64,000 bases of DNA, taken from positions 1 through 64,000 of the forward strand of contig LSRY02000025.1 of NCBI GenBank assembly GCA_001643675.2, read 5' to 3'. The notes under the pieces were generated by a model, which was not told the origin of the DNA, did no database searches, and saw only the letters and a list, made by a program, of their open reading frames with translations. This document shows, one piece after another, positions 37,378 through 48,491 of this stretch (position 1 is the stretch's first letter; every line of letters starts with the position of its first letter). The DNA is from Monocercomonoides exilis PA203. Taxonomy: Eukaryota > Protista > Preaxostyla. Made by a program: the position numbers and the translations under genes.

Positions 37378-37954
37378 ACATCAAAAATTATTTGTCAGTT
37401 GAAAAGCGATTTCATCATTCATTTCAATGAGATTTTTATTTTTTTGTTTTTTTCCTCCTGCAAATTTAATTTTTGCAAAGATAATGAAGAAGATTTCACG
37501 AATTCTTTCAAAGAAGATTACATATCCAGCTTTATGAAATAAGCTGCAATTGTTTTCAGCCAATTCAGAGAACTACACAAAAGGTTCAAAGAAACAGGAG
37601 TTGAGAGAAAGATGGAGAAAATGAATCAACAGAAATGAAAACAAATGAAGAAGAAGAAAAGCATGAGGGCAAAGCAGAAGAATATATCAGTGCAAACATG
37701 TGAAAGATGTGATAATCTTTTTGTCAGAATTTATGATTTTCATTTTTGGAGGCGAAATTTTCTTTTTGAGTGATTTTTTTATTCAATTTTCATTTTAGAC
37801 AGCAATGAAAGATAATAATAAGCTAACTTCAAAAGAATATATGTGTTGATTTATCCATTCATATATGCAATCAACCGATAGCATTTGTGAGATTTTGGTT
37901 TTTTGAAATTATTGCAACCATTATAAATGTGGAGAATTGCTCGTTTTTTGATAA

Positions 37955-40284
37955 ATGTCCAATATATACTTGTCTGAGCCGGCGACGACGGGAACGGTAT
38001 TCTTTTTGCGTGTTCTTTTTGCTTTGTGTTTTGTAATTATTTGTGGTTGTTTTTCTTATTGAACTGGTTGGTGGTGCTTTGCTTGGATAATTGATGATGG
38101 CGTGCTTGCGCGTGATTCAGGTCAAATTGGTGACGAACCACGGGGACATTGTTGTGGAGCTGTGGGCAAAAGAAGCGCCGAAAGCGTGCCGGAATTTTAT
38201 CCAGCACTGCCTGACAGGGTACTACGACAACACGATTTTCCACCGGATTGTGAAAGGGTTCTGCATCCAGGGCGGGGATCCGACGGGGACCGGGGAAGGG
38301 GGCGAGTCGATATACGGGAAGCCGTTTGCGCTTGAATTCCACTCGAGGCTGAAGTTCAACCATCGGGGCATTGTGGCGATGGCGACGCCTGCGAGCGAAA
38401 GAGGGATTCAGGAGGTGAACTTGAACGGGAGCCAGTTTTTTATAACGCTGGACAAGTGCGAGTGGCTGGACAGGATGCACACGATATTTGGGAAGGTGTC
38501 GTTTGACACGATTTTCACGGTGACGACGATTGGAGAGGTGGAATGCGATGCACACGATCGCCCTTTCTACCCGCCGAAGCTTCTGAGAGCAGAAGTGATC
38601 ACGAATCCGTTTGGCGGGATGGAGAATGCAGTGATGGTGCCGCGGCCTTTGAGCAAAGAGGAACTGGCAGCGCAGCAAGAGAAGATGAATGAAATAAAGA
38701 ATAACGAAAAGAAGAAAGAGGCAGAGCGGCAGACGGTGAGGGGGACGACAAGGCGAGACGCCAAGCTTCTGTCGTTTGCACAGATTGACGATGAAAATGA
38801 CGAGGACAGCGAAGATGAAAGCGATGAGAAAGAAGAGGGAGATCAGAAGCACACAAAGAATCAGGTTGTTTCGGCTCATGATGTTCTGGAAGATGACATG
38901 CTCAGCAGAGAAAGTGTTCAGATTAGCAGGGCAAAAACACCAAAGGAGGAAAAGGCAGTGGAAAATGGCAAAAAGAACAAAAAAACGGAAGAAGGCGAAA
39001 ATGGAGGTGGAGGAGCAAAACGAGGCGGAATGGAAGATTCACCGAGTGATTTGTTTGCAGACAAAAAGGCAAAATGGAAGAAAGCTCTGTTTTCTGGAAC
39101 ACCGTTTGAAAGCACAGCCAGGGCAGACACAGAGCCAAAAGAGAACGAAAGAGAGAGCGTCAAGGATGTTCGGTTGGGTGGGCATGAAAAAAGCGAAGAA
39201 GAGAAACTGGCCGAAGGGGCAAGTGATGAGTATTTTGATGCGTTCATGATGAGAAAATCATTCACAAAGAGGAGCCGAGAATTGAATGAGAAGAAAAAGG
39301 AAAAGAAGAAAAAGGAGGAAGAGGAGAAGAGAAAAGAAGAAGAAGAAGATGATGATGATGATGATGATGAAAATGATGAGGATGAAGGAGCATTATATGC
39401 GCTTTCTCTGAAGCACACGAAGAAAAATCGCTTTGAAGAGGAGAAGAATGGGGAAGAGCGAGCAGCGCCACGGACGGTGGAGCAGCAGATGATTGAGCTG
39501 TCGATCGACGAGGATGCGACGCCAGTGGAGAAAAGAAGGTGTGAATGATAATTTGTTGGGAGAATTTATATTTGAATGCAGAAATAAATCTGCTTGTTTT
39601 TCAACTCATTGAAAATGATTTCGTGGTTTATTATTAACTTATTTTTTCTTCTTGGATTTTTTGGTTTGCTTCTTCAGATTAAGAGAAGCTGGGCGCAAAC
39701 AACTGATATCAGGCAGAAACGCAGCAATGATGGAGCGCCTGGCAAAGTTTGATTCATTGATTGGGGGAGGACTGTGGACAGGAACGAGTGGAGGAAAGAA
39801 AACAGGGCGTTTTGATCAAAACACAAAGAGGATGCGAATCGGAGATGGAGATGGAGAACAAGAAGAAGAACAAGAAGAAGAAACTGCAGCTGGAATCCGT
39901 GCGAGAAACAACAGAAATGAAGCAGGTGAAGAGGAGAAGGAACAGAGCAGAAATTTGGAATCAGCAGGAAGTGATTCTGATGGTGGAGAAAGCGCGAAGA
40001 TAACGCACTATCTGGATCGAGAAGACGCGGACGACTACAACGCGAACTCGACTGAATGGATGCGCCACACGCTGCACTTCACCCGAGACACAAGCGAACT
40101 GATGCTGGGTGCATTGTCATCCTCTTCCTCTTCCTCATCGTCATCGTCATCATTGACAGCGCAGAGTGCAGAAGACGACTCGCTTGTTGTGATTGACCCG
40201 CTGAGGGAAAGAGGGAGGCAGTGGGACAAGCAGACAGAAGGGAAATGGCAAAAGAGAAGAGATGGAGAGAAGCACGTGAAGTGA
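37955..40284 (+). CDS. CWC27: Spliceosomal cyclophilin CWC27; join(37955-37996,38121-39538,39678-40284)
   Basis: MSNIYLSEPATTGT|VKLVTNHGDIVVELWAKEAPKACRNFIQHCL..YYDNTIFHR..QGGDPTGTG.GGESIYG.PF..EFHSRLKF is the CWC27 N-terminus. Long charged tail with C-terminal WMRHTLHF and VIDP motifs. Confidence 0.92.
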
Positions 40285-41804
40285 ACATTTGGTTCGATGC
40301 GATGAATACACTCACAAAACAAAATGCATCCAGACAAATGGAAAGCTGCCAGATTTGGATGATGAATTTGCTTCAAAATTTGTTCAGACATTTTCCTCTG
40401 AAAAAGTGCAATGACACACTGAATCAGCGAGATCCTTCTTGATGCATTTAAAACTCATCAAGATTTTTGCAATTCAAAATGTTAATTCATTCCACTGAAA
40501 CGCAATTCATTTCATTTTTTCCATTTCTTTTGAAACTGATTTTTTGTGTGGAAAAGATGATGTTTGTTGGCTGTTTGAAAATAAAATAAAATGCTCAAAA
40601 ACTATTCCTGTTATTCATCAAGCTTTTTTTTTTGTGCCTATCAAAACAATTGAAAACAACGATGCAATTTCTTTTGTTGATTTTTGTTGCTGTGCCAAAA
40701 ACATAAAACAATCACAATAAAGACAATGCAACCATTCGCTCAGGAAGAAAAGCAAAATCTCAAAGAAAACGTGGTGACTGTGATGATTATTCATACATAA
40801 GTGCAAAAGAAATAAATCGTTTCAATGAAACTTCATTGAAACTGTTGTGGGGATTTTGCATTTTCAAAAGAAAAAGAAAGAAAAAAAGAAAAAGAAAGAT
40901 AGATAGAAATTCATCATTCAAAAAGTACATTCAACAAAAATCTGGAAGCAAAAGAATGGTGCAAATCATGCTTCAAAGACTTCAATACGAAAAAATGAAT
41001 CATAAAAATATATAATTAAGCAAACAAAAGCAAAAGTGGTCTTTTCTAACTTCTGAAAAAAAGGAAGCAAAACATGGCAAAATAACACAAACATCAAATC
41101 AAAGAATGTGAATGGCAATTGGCATTGTCGCAGAAAAAGAGAGAAATATGAAGTATTTCATGAATTTATTTTTTGACAAAAGAAAAAAACACAAATAAAG
41201 ATAAGAGGAGGAAAAATTAACAGAAAATAAAATGAAAACAAAGATTAAATAAACATTTGCAAAAACATGACAAGAAAACTGTGAGCAATGCCATGAAATA
41301 AAGAGGCGGGTGGGGTGGTGTGAATGTTGTGAGGTCAAATAAAAAATGCATATATTTGTATTCTTTAACAATATGAAACAAGAATTTTTCTATCAAAACA
41401 AACACACAAACAAATGAAAGAATCAACATAAATTTGTGTTTAAAAATGAAAAACAACAATTGATTTTTCAGGATTAAGCAAATGCTCCAACTGACCTCAA
41501 TGCACAATAACAGCATTTCTGTGCTCAATAAATACACACATTGGCAGCATCCCAACATCTCATTCAATCAACAGAACTCGAAAAAGATCTCTTCAAAAAT
41601 CAAGAATAATCCTGAAATTGCTTTGAAAGCAAGAAATAAATAAATAAATAAACAGTTGCTGTGTTTAAACTCAACAATTTTTTCGGTCATCTTCTCCTTC
41701 ATCGCAAGCACATTCGCATCTTCATCTCACAAAAGCACCCAAACTCTTTTTATTTGTTCCCCTTTCTCTTTCTCTTTCTCTTCTGCATCCCATTTATCGT
41801 CTCT

Positions 41805-44800
41805 CTAATAGCTGCTCCCAAACCCTCCATCCACACTGATGCACTGCCCTGAAATAAACGATGCTTCGTCGCTGCACAAAAACACCGCCAAGTTCGCAGC
41901 ATCTTCGCATCTTCCTCTTTGCGGCTCTGAAATCTGCCTGTTGAAGCAGAGCGGCGCCAAAAGTGGATGTGTCGGAAGCGAAAAGGAAGAAGCAGGAGAG
42001 GACAAAGCAGAAAAGGAGTTTGGCGTCATGTTTGGTGTGCGCAAACAAGGCGACGAATTCAAAAATGTCGATTTGTCAGCAGAAAAAGAGCATCCAGCAG
42101 AAGACTTTGCAGACGCTTTTGTTGTCTCCACTCCTTCAGTCGAATCCTCCAACGAGCAGAAAACAGGCAAAGAGCAATCTATTCCATCGTCTTCATCATC
42201 ATCACCACCACCATCACCATCTCTGCCACTTCCCTTGCATTCACACATCTTTGCTTCTTCTCTCCTTCCATTCTCCAAAATGTCCTTCTTCGTGTCTATC
42301 CAGCCAGGATGAATCGCATTCACTCTCGCAACACCCAAATACACAGCTGAAAGACGCCTCGTCAGACAATCCAGACTTCCACGCTGGACACAAATGGCAT
42401 CAGAAGAAGGAGGAAAAAGAGAAGATGAAGATGATGCTGATGAAGGGGATGGTGTTGATGGCAATGATGAAAATGATGAAGAGCAATTGAGTGGAGAGGA
42501 GATGAACACAACACTTGCACCAAGAGAAAATCTGTCTGAAAGCGAAGACACCAAAACAGAAGGAGAAATCACACATTCACTGAGCATTTGGCGGAAGAGA
42601 GAGAAAGAAGAAGAAGAAGAAGAAGAAGAAGAAGAAGAAAACAATGAAGGCATTGTTGCCTTTGCCTTTGCTTCTGTTGCTGTTGGTTGTTGAGACGAAG
42701 AAGATGGAGAATCCACTTCATTGGATTCAACTTTTTTATTTGATTTTCTTTCTTCTTTTCCTTTTCTTCTTCCTTTTCCTTTTCTTTTTCCCTCTTTCCT
42801 TCCACTCGCACAATCTTCTTTCTTATTCCACCAATCCAAACAGACAGAAGGCGCTGTGATGAGGCTTCTGACTGCAAATCCTGTTGATCGGACAAACAAA
42901 ACAAACACATTCAAATCGCTTTCATCTGATGGATTGCCTGCGAAATAGATCAGTTGGCGCTGAGAGAGAAGAGAAGAAGATAATGTTGATGATGATGATG
43001 AAGTTATTTCAGTTATCGGTGGAAATGCAAAGACTGAATGCCCTTCAAATCGTGTGATTGAAAATTGCTTTCTTTGAGTTGATGGCATCTCGTTTGATTT
43101 TTGTTGCTGAATGGAAATAAGGTTAATATCTTTCTTCACTTCTTCTTCTTCTTCTTCTTCTGCCATTTTCTGCACCATTTCCTTCCCTTCCTCTTCGCTC
43201 ACATCCATCGCAATCACCACAAACCCTTCCTTCAACAGCTTCGCCACACAACATCTGCCAATTCCACCAGCCCCGCCTGTCACAACACACACTTTGGGGG
43301 AAGATGAAGCAGTTGAATTCAAAGTGGAGGAAGAAGAAGATGATGATGTTGTTATTGTTGATGATGGAGCATTCAACTGTTCTGTTTGGAGTTCCCTTGA
43401 TGGATGACTCAAATCAGATTTCACCGGCCTTTCCATTGTTCTCAATTCAGCTGTCTTCTTCGTCTTCTCTTTGTGCTCTTCTTCTTCTTTTCTCGCTTCT
43501 TCGATTCCTTCTTTTGACTCCTTCCATTCAGGCAGAGAAGCAACTGGCATTTGAGTGTGGTCTGTTGGCAAGTTCTGCTCCAGCAAATGTTGTCGATGTT
43601 GTTTGCATTTCTGTTTATGTTCATGTTTATGCTGATGTTGATGCTTTTTTTGATGCTTTTTTTGATGCTTATCTAATGACAGATGAGAAGATGTGGGTGT
43701 GGATGTTGTTGTTGTTGTTGGCTGTTCAATTGTGTTAATTGATGACGGCAATAAAGATTGTGATGATGAAGTTTGATTGCAGTCATTGAGCTTTTCAATA
43801 CAATCTGCACATTGCTGAGTTGCCACTGGCATTTGGACAGAATTCACAGCCTGTTTGTCCTGTTTGTTGAGTGCCAAATAACATGGTGGCAAAAGAGGAA
43901 GGGAAGGAAGGGAAGGGAAGGAAGGATGAAGAGGAAGAGGAGAGGGAGAAAGAAGATTGATCTTGGCATCTGGCACAGGCGACGGAAAGTTGACTGGATT
44001 AGAAATGGTTGATAATGATGACGACGACGATGACGGTGATGATGGAGTAAGTGTGGTTGTAGAAGGAGATGCAGGAGATGGTGTTTTTGTTGGCACTTTA
44101 AAAGGAGCAGAAAATGTTTGCGGCGAAGCAGAAAGAGAACTTAAAGATGGAGAAGAAGAAATAAAAGCATTTGCAGAGCGAGGCCTGTAATAAAACAAAG
44201 AGGCAGAAGAAGCAGATGCCGTGTTCTGTTGGATGCTGCTCGTTCTTGCTGTTTGTGGGCAACACGATGCAGCAGAAGAGCCAGGCTTCCAAGAAGAGAA
44301 GGTGGGACACGTCTTGTGTGCATTGCATGTGCTGCGCATGTTTGGATAACTGAACGTGTTGAACGGGTTATAAGAATTGCATGCATTGTGGGTGTTGTAT
44401 TTGTTGAATGAACGAGACGCATTGAATGCATTGCAAGTGTTGTACCCACGCGATGTCTGCAGCTGAAAATGCTGTGCTTGCATTGGAACAGCAGGGCGAC
44501 ACAAACAGAACTGTTGTGTCTGTTGTTGTTGTTGTTGTTGTTGTTGTGGCCATTGCTCCTTCGTCTGTGCTTTTTCGACTTGCTGACACTGCCATTTCAG
44601 CTTTGATGTCTGATTTGGCTCGGCACTTGTATCTGAGCAACCATCAGATTTTGCTGACACATTTGGAATTGCGCAGATGCTTGGCTTTTCGCAGGGCGCT
44701 TTTGATGGCAATGAGCAGATTGGTGTTTCTGCATTCGATATCTCACTTTGAGGAAGGCAAGGCGCCCTTCCCTGAGTGCACTCTGCTGCTCCTGCTGTGA

Positions 44801-45797
44801 CTGATTGCTCTCTCAGAATGCCTGCATCACCTTTCTTGCTTTGTGTTGTGTCTGTTGAAGATGGTGCCTGAAAAGCAATTTCTGATTTGGACGCTCTGAG
44901 CGGAACTGAGGTGGACGAAAATGTCAAGCCAGCGGGTGCGCTTGTGTTGTGTTCATCTGAATGATACGAAGCGCAGAAGCCTTCAGTTGGCAGCTTTTGA
45001 TCTTTGGCATGACGGGGTTTTCGTGCTTTTGCTGCATGTCTCTTTCCTTCAGCAATTCTGTTTGCCCAGTTCCGTTTTCGATGCGCATATTTTCTTGTGA
45101 GAAGCTCGACTTCTTTTTCTGTTTTCAAAAGATTTGATGGGCAAAGCCCCTTCTCCCCGTTCAGCTCGCACCTCCACCAATCTCCGCCTTTTTCCAGTAT
45201 TTTCACAATATCTCGACTCTTAATCGTCAGACATCTCTTGTCCTGCATCTTTCCGTCATAATCTGCAATAACAACCGCATAATCGCTGCCTCCACAGTCC
45301 AGACAAGATTCGCTTTCTACCAGTTTTCCAACTTTCATTTTCGCAGATTTGCAGCTCGCGCAGCAAGAAGATGATTTTTCGTCAACAAATTCTGCTTCGC
45401 ATTCTTCTCCAACAAGGCCTAGAGACCGCGGCTTGTTCTCTAAAAACATTTTCGGAGAGTTTTCTTCCTTAACCTCAAGAGCATCATCAAACGAGGAAAT
45501 TGGCTTCAGATATTTTTTCGGCAGAAATCCTATCAAACAGTTCGACAAGGCCAAAGAAAACATATGCTCGTGCACACCTTTTTTCCCTGAGCTGTTGCAA
45601 CAATACGCCCACCCGGAACCTGACTCCTTGAGCACACAAACAAAATCTCCCTTGTTGCTATCCAAATATTTGGCCTCAAAAACAAAATAAAAATCGAACA
45701 AAGCACCCACCACAAAAACATAATAAACGCAAAAACGCAAAAATAAAATTCCTACCCCCGTCGATGAGTACTTTGCCACAACTGAAAAAATCGACAT
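41805..45797 (-). CDS. SH3-SH3-low-complexity-SDR (probable pseudo-enzyme) fusion; introns 45675-45755 and 45530-45577
   Basis: The spliced N-terminus forms an SH3 (VAKYSSTGAKYLDSNKGDFVCVL..GWAY..GKKGFLPKKYL). Second SH3: IADYDG..LTIKSRDIVKILEKGGDWWRCELNGEKGLCPSN. SDR motifs: VVTGGAGGIG, SVVFISS, RVNAIHPGWIDT and FLCSDEASFISGQCISVDGG. Confidence 0.85.
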   Translation of the reverse strand: MSIFSVVAKYSSTGVGILFLRFCVYYVFVVGALFDFYFVFEAKYLDSNKGDFVCVLKESGSGWAYCCNSSGKKGVHEHMFSLALSNCLIGFLPKKYLKPISSFDDALEVKEENSPKMFLENKPRSLGLVGEECEAEFVDEKSSSCCASCKSAKMKVGKLVESESCLDCGGSDYAVVIADYDGKMQDKRCLTIKSRDIVKILEKGGDWWRCELNGEKGLCPSNLLKTEKEVELLTRKYAHRKRNWANRIAEGKRHAAKARKPRHAKDQKLPTEGFCASYHSDEHNTSAPAGLTFSSTSVPLRASKSEIAFQAPSSTDTTQSKKGDAGILREQSVTAGAAECTQGRAPCLPQSEISNAETPICSLPSKAPCEKPSICAIPNVSAKSDGCSDTSAEPNQTSKLKWQCQQVEKAQTKEQWPQQQQQQQQQTQQFCLCRPAVPMQAQHFQLQTSRGYNTCNAFNASRSFNKYNTHNACNSYNPFNTFSYPNMRSTCNAHKTCPTFSSWKPGSSAASCCPQTARTSSIQQNTASASSASLFYYRPRSANAFISSSPSLSSLSASPQTFSAPFKVPTKTPSPASPSTTTLTPSSPSSSSSSLSTISNPVNFPSPVPDAKINLLSPSPLPLHPSFPSLPSLPLLPPCYLALNKQDKQAVNSVQMPVATQQCADCIEKLNDCNQTSSSQSLLPSSINTIEQPTTTTTSTPTSSHLSLDKHQKKHQKKHQHQHKHEHKQKCKQHRQHLLEQNLPTDHTQMPVASLPEWKESKEGIEEARKEEEEHKEKTKKTAELRTMERPVKSDLSHPSRELQTEQLNAPSSTITTSSSSSSSTLNSTASSSPKVCVVTGGAGGIGRCCVAKLLKEGFVVIAMDVSEEEGKEMVQKMAEEEEEEEVKKDINLISIQQQKSNEMPSTQRKQFSITRFEGHSVFAFPPITEITSSSSSTLSSSLLSQRQLIYFAGNPSDESDLNVFVLFVRSTGFAVRSLITAPSVCLDWWNKKEDCASGRKEGKRKGKGRRKGKEERKSNKKVESNEVDSPSSSSQQPTATEAKAKATMPSLFSSSSSSSSSSSFSLFRQMLSECVISPSVLVSSLSDRFSLGASVVFISSPLNCSSSFSSLPSTPSPSSASSSSSLFPPSSDAICVQRGSLDCLTRRLSAVYLGVARVNAIHPGWIDTKKDILENGRREEAKMCECKGSGRDGDGGGDDDEDDGIDCSLPVFCSLEDSTEGVETTKASAKSSAGCSFSADKSTFLNSSPCLRTPNMTPNSFSALSSPASSFSLPTHPLLAPLCFNRQISEPQRGRCEDAANLAVFLCSDEASFISGQCISVDGGFGSSY

Positions 45798-46045
45798 TTT
45801 TATCCATCAAACATCACAAGTTTCATTATGGTTATTTCTCAAAAAAAATCAAGTTCACAAAGTTTATTTTTTATTAACTGAAAATGTTATTGGAATAAAT
45901 GCACAACATTAATTCTTTATATTAAGATATCCTTATATGAATTAAGCAAACAATAATTGAGAAATGAAGATTATTTTTTATTCAAATTTTTTTTTGATCG
46001 ATCAAATTGGTTTATTTTAAATTGCAAATGAAAGAACTTCCTGAT

Positions 46046-46128
46046 GTCATCACAGGAGTAACACGTGCAACATGTGAGTAAAATGTTTGAATTACGTTGC
46101 ATGTTGCAGGTACTATTCCTGTGGTGGC
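46046..46128 (+). ncRNA. Candidate hairpin RNA (83 nt)
   Basis: Stem of about 36 positions with 5 G-U pairs on the + strand, 3 mismatches and a 1-nt bulge. GC-richer than its flanks. No family recognised. Confidence 0.35.
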
Positions 46129-46797
46129 CGAATTTTTATTTCTCTTATTTATTTATTTTTTTGTTTATCAAATAAACATCTCAAATTGAAAATATAAAAC
46201 ATTCCTTTTGATATGAACACTATTTCCACTTACTAAAAATCAAGTACAACATTTTATTTTTGAGACATTTTATTTTTATAAGTTTTGTTTGAAGAGAAAT
46301 GTTTGTTATAATGTTATTTTCGCTTTTTTAATTCCAAACTAAACCAAAAATGAAACAAATGACAATGGATTTCTGATTCCTGAATTTCATAATGCACTTT
46401 TAAGAAGAAAAGTGGAGATTTGAAGAAAACATGATAATTTTTGATACTTTTGTGTTTTGTTGCTTTATTTTTGTTTTGATGAACTAATTGCTTTTCAATG
46501 TCTCATGTGATGCATCAGCATAAATGCCAACTTTTAGTGACTGATTGCAAAAATAGCCAAAATACGAATTGCAAACTTGAAATTAAAAAAAGATACAATT
46601 GTGAAAAAGAAACAAAAAATACAAAAAAAATGTGAAATGAATGATAGTCATTTTATGTTACAAAATAACAGAATTTCAAAGATTATTTTGTATTTAACAC
46701 ATCACATTCACAATCATTTTTTGATGGTTTTAATTTTTATTTTTATTTTTATTTTCATTTGAAAGAGCAATGTTGTACGTGCTTCTATTTTGCCATT

Positions 46798-47011
46798 TCA
46801 AACAGGCGAAAATCCGCTGTTCGGAATAATTATTGTGCGTGAGTTCGTCCCCGGAGAAATTATGGATGTCAGAGGATTGGACGATGGCTCAAAATGGATT
46901 GATATCAGCGGTGTCTGCATTGTTTTCGAAATTGCTTGTGTTTTTTGTGCTTTTTGTGCTTTTTGTGCATCAGAAGTCATTCGAATCAGCGCTGTCTTTG
47001 CAGAATGAGAG

Positions 47012-47043
<32 letters not shown>

Positions 47044-47466
47044 AGAGCTGGCAGAGGAGAAAGAAGGCAATGAGTCAACTGAGAAGGAAGAATTAGAAGA
47101 AGAAGAAAGAGAAAGAGAAGGTTGATGATGATATGTTCTTGATTGGGAAAGGGAAGAAGCTGAAATCTTTCCTTTGCGAAGCGACGAAGGCAGACAAGAA
47201 GAGTTTGCAGAGGGTGTTTTTGAAGGGCGGATGGAAGAATATGCACGTGTGGGTACATAACCAGTTGGAAGGAAAGAGGAAGAGGAGGAAGAAGAAGAAG
47301 AAGAAGAAGATGATGATGGTTGTGAAATGGAAGATGAATAAGAAGAATACGAGGAGGAGGATGAAGAAAATGGAGAAGAAGAAGAAGACATTCCAATGAT
47401 TGAAGATGAAAATGCTTTTGGGTTTGAAAAGGCAGTAGATGATAACTGATAAAAGGAAGAATTGTT

Positions 47467-47507
<41 letters not shown>

Positions 47508-47620
47508 ACGAAAGAAGAAAAATTGTATCCAAATTCACAATACGTACAAAGCAAATGGCCAAAATGTTTGAAAAAAAAAAGAAAAATAATTATTGACAGA
47601 CTGTCTTGACATTGTGTCAT
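46798..47620 (-). CDS. Possible small Ser-rich protein; intron ~47448-47546 containing a ~39-nt T run
   Basis: Ser-rich ORF 46798-47562. A GTACGT...CAG intron would join ILAICF|LSSTAF. A hydrophobic start from 47620 needs one homopolymer correction. Confidence 0.35.
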
Positions 47621-47649
47621 TTGAGCATATTAGTTCAGCTTATGAAAAT

Positions 47650-48220
47650 TTCATTTTTCTTTCTGAATCATCGTTGAGCAAAAGAATTTAGAATATGTTT
47701 AAAGTTGAAGATCAGAAATATGATAGAAAGAAATGAAAAGCTTTGATTGATCTTTGCGAATGCTATCTTTTGCTTTACGTACGATTTTCTTTGGTATTAA
47801 TGTCGATTTATGTGCCTTGCCTTCTGAAAGTTGCATTGAAGAAAGAGAAAAACGAGGAAGTTCAAAAAGAAGTGGAAATGGCTTTGCTGGCCTTGAGTAA
47901 TGCTCAATATTTTGTATGAGAATTATTGTCTTATTTAATGATATATTTGAATCTCTCATTCTCTTTAAAAGGATATAGGGCAAGAATTGAATTTGAATAA
48001 TATCAAAGAAATCATCAAATATCATCAAGAGCATCACAATCTTTCACGACTTGCCAATCAGTCTGCTTGACAGTTTCTGATCTACATATTGCATAAAGAC
48101 GAAAGCCTTGAAGAAGTTATTGTGAATGAGCTGCATTTTGCGAGAGAAGCAATAAGAGTATCTGTTGAGCTGATAGAATGCATGGATCGAAAAAGTGAAA
48201 AAGAGAAAGATGTGTAAGCT
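47650..48220 (+). pseudogene. Pseudogene paralogue of 35862-37377
   Basis: VALKKEKNEEVQKEVEMALLALS, intron GTATGA..AAG (47914-47971), IKEIIKYHQEHHNLSRLANQSA*QFL and NELHFAREA, with internal stops and frameshifts. Confidence 0.8.
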
Positions 48221-48491
48221 TACATGTAATGGCTTATTGCTCTTTTTATGAATCTTAAATTATTGTTATAACAATTTGATATTAAATCATTTTTGCTTCG
48301 AGCTATCAAAGGTTGCTTTCAGACTCGAACGAGGTATATAAAAAATTTTTATGGTCATTTTTGTAACTTTTGTTGTTGAGTTCAATTTCTGTAATGAATT
48401 GAATAATTGTTTTAAAACAATAATATTGAAACTCTTGTGATCATCCGCGAAATTTGTTATCTTAGTATGGGATTCTCCTTTTATTCGTCCC

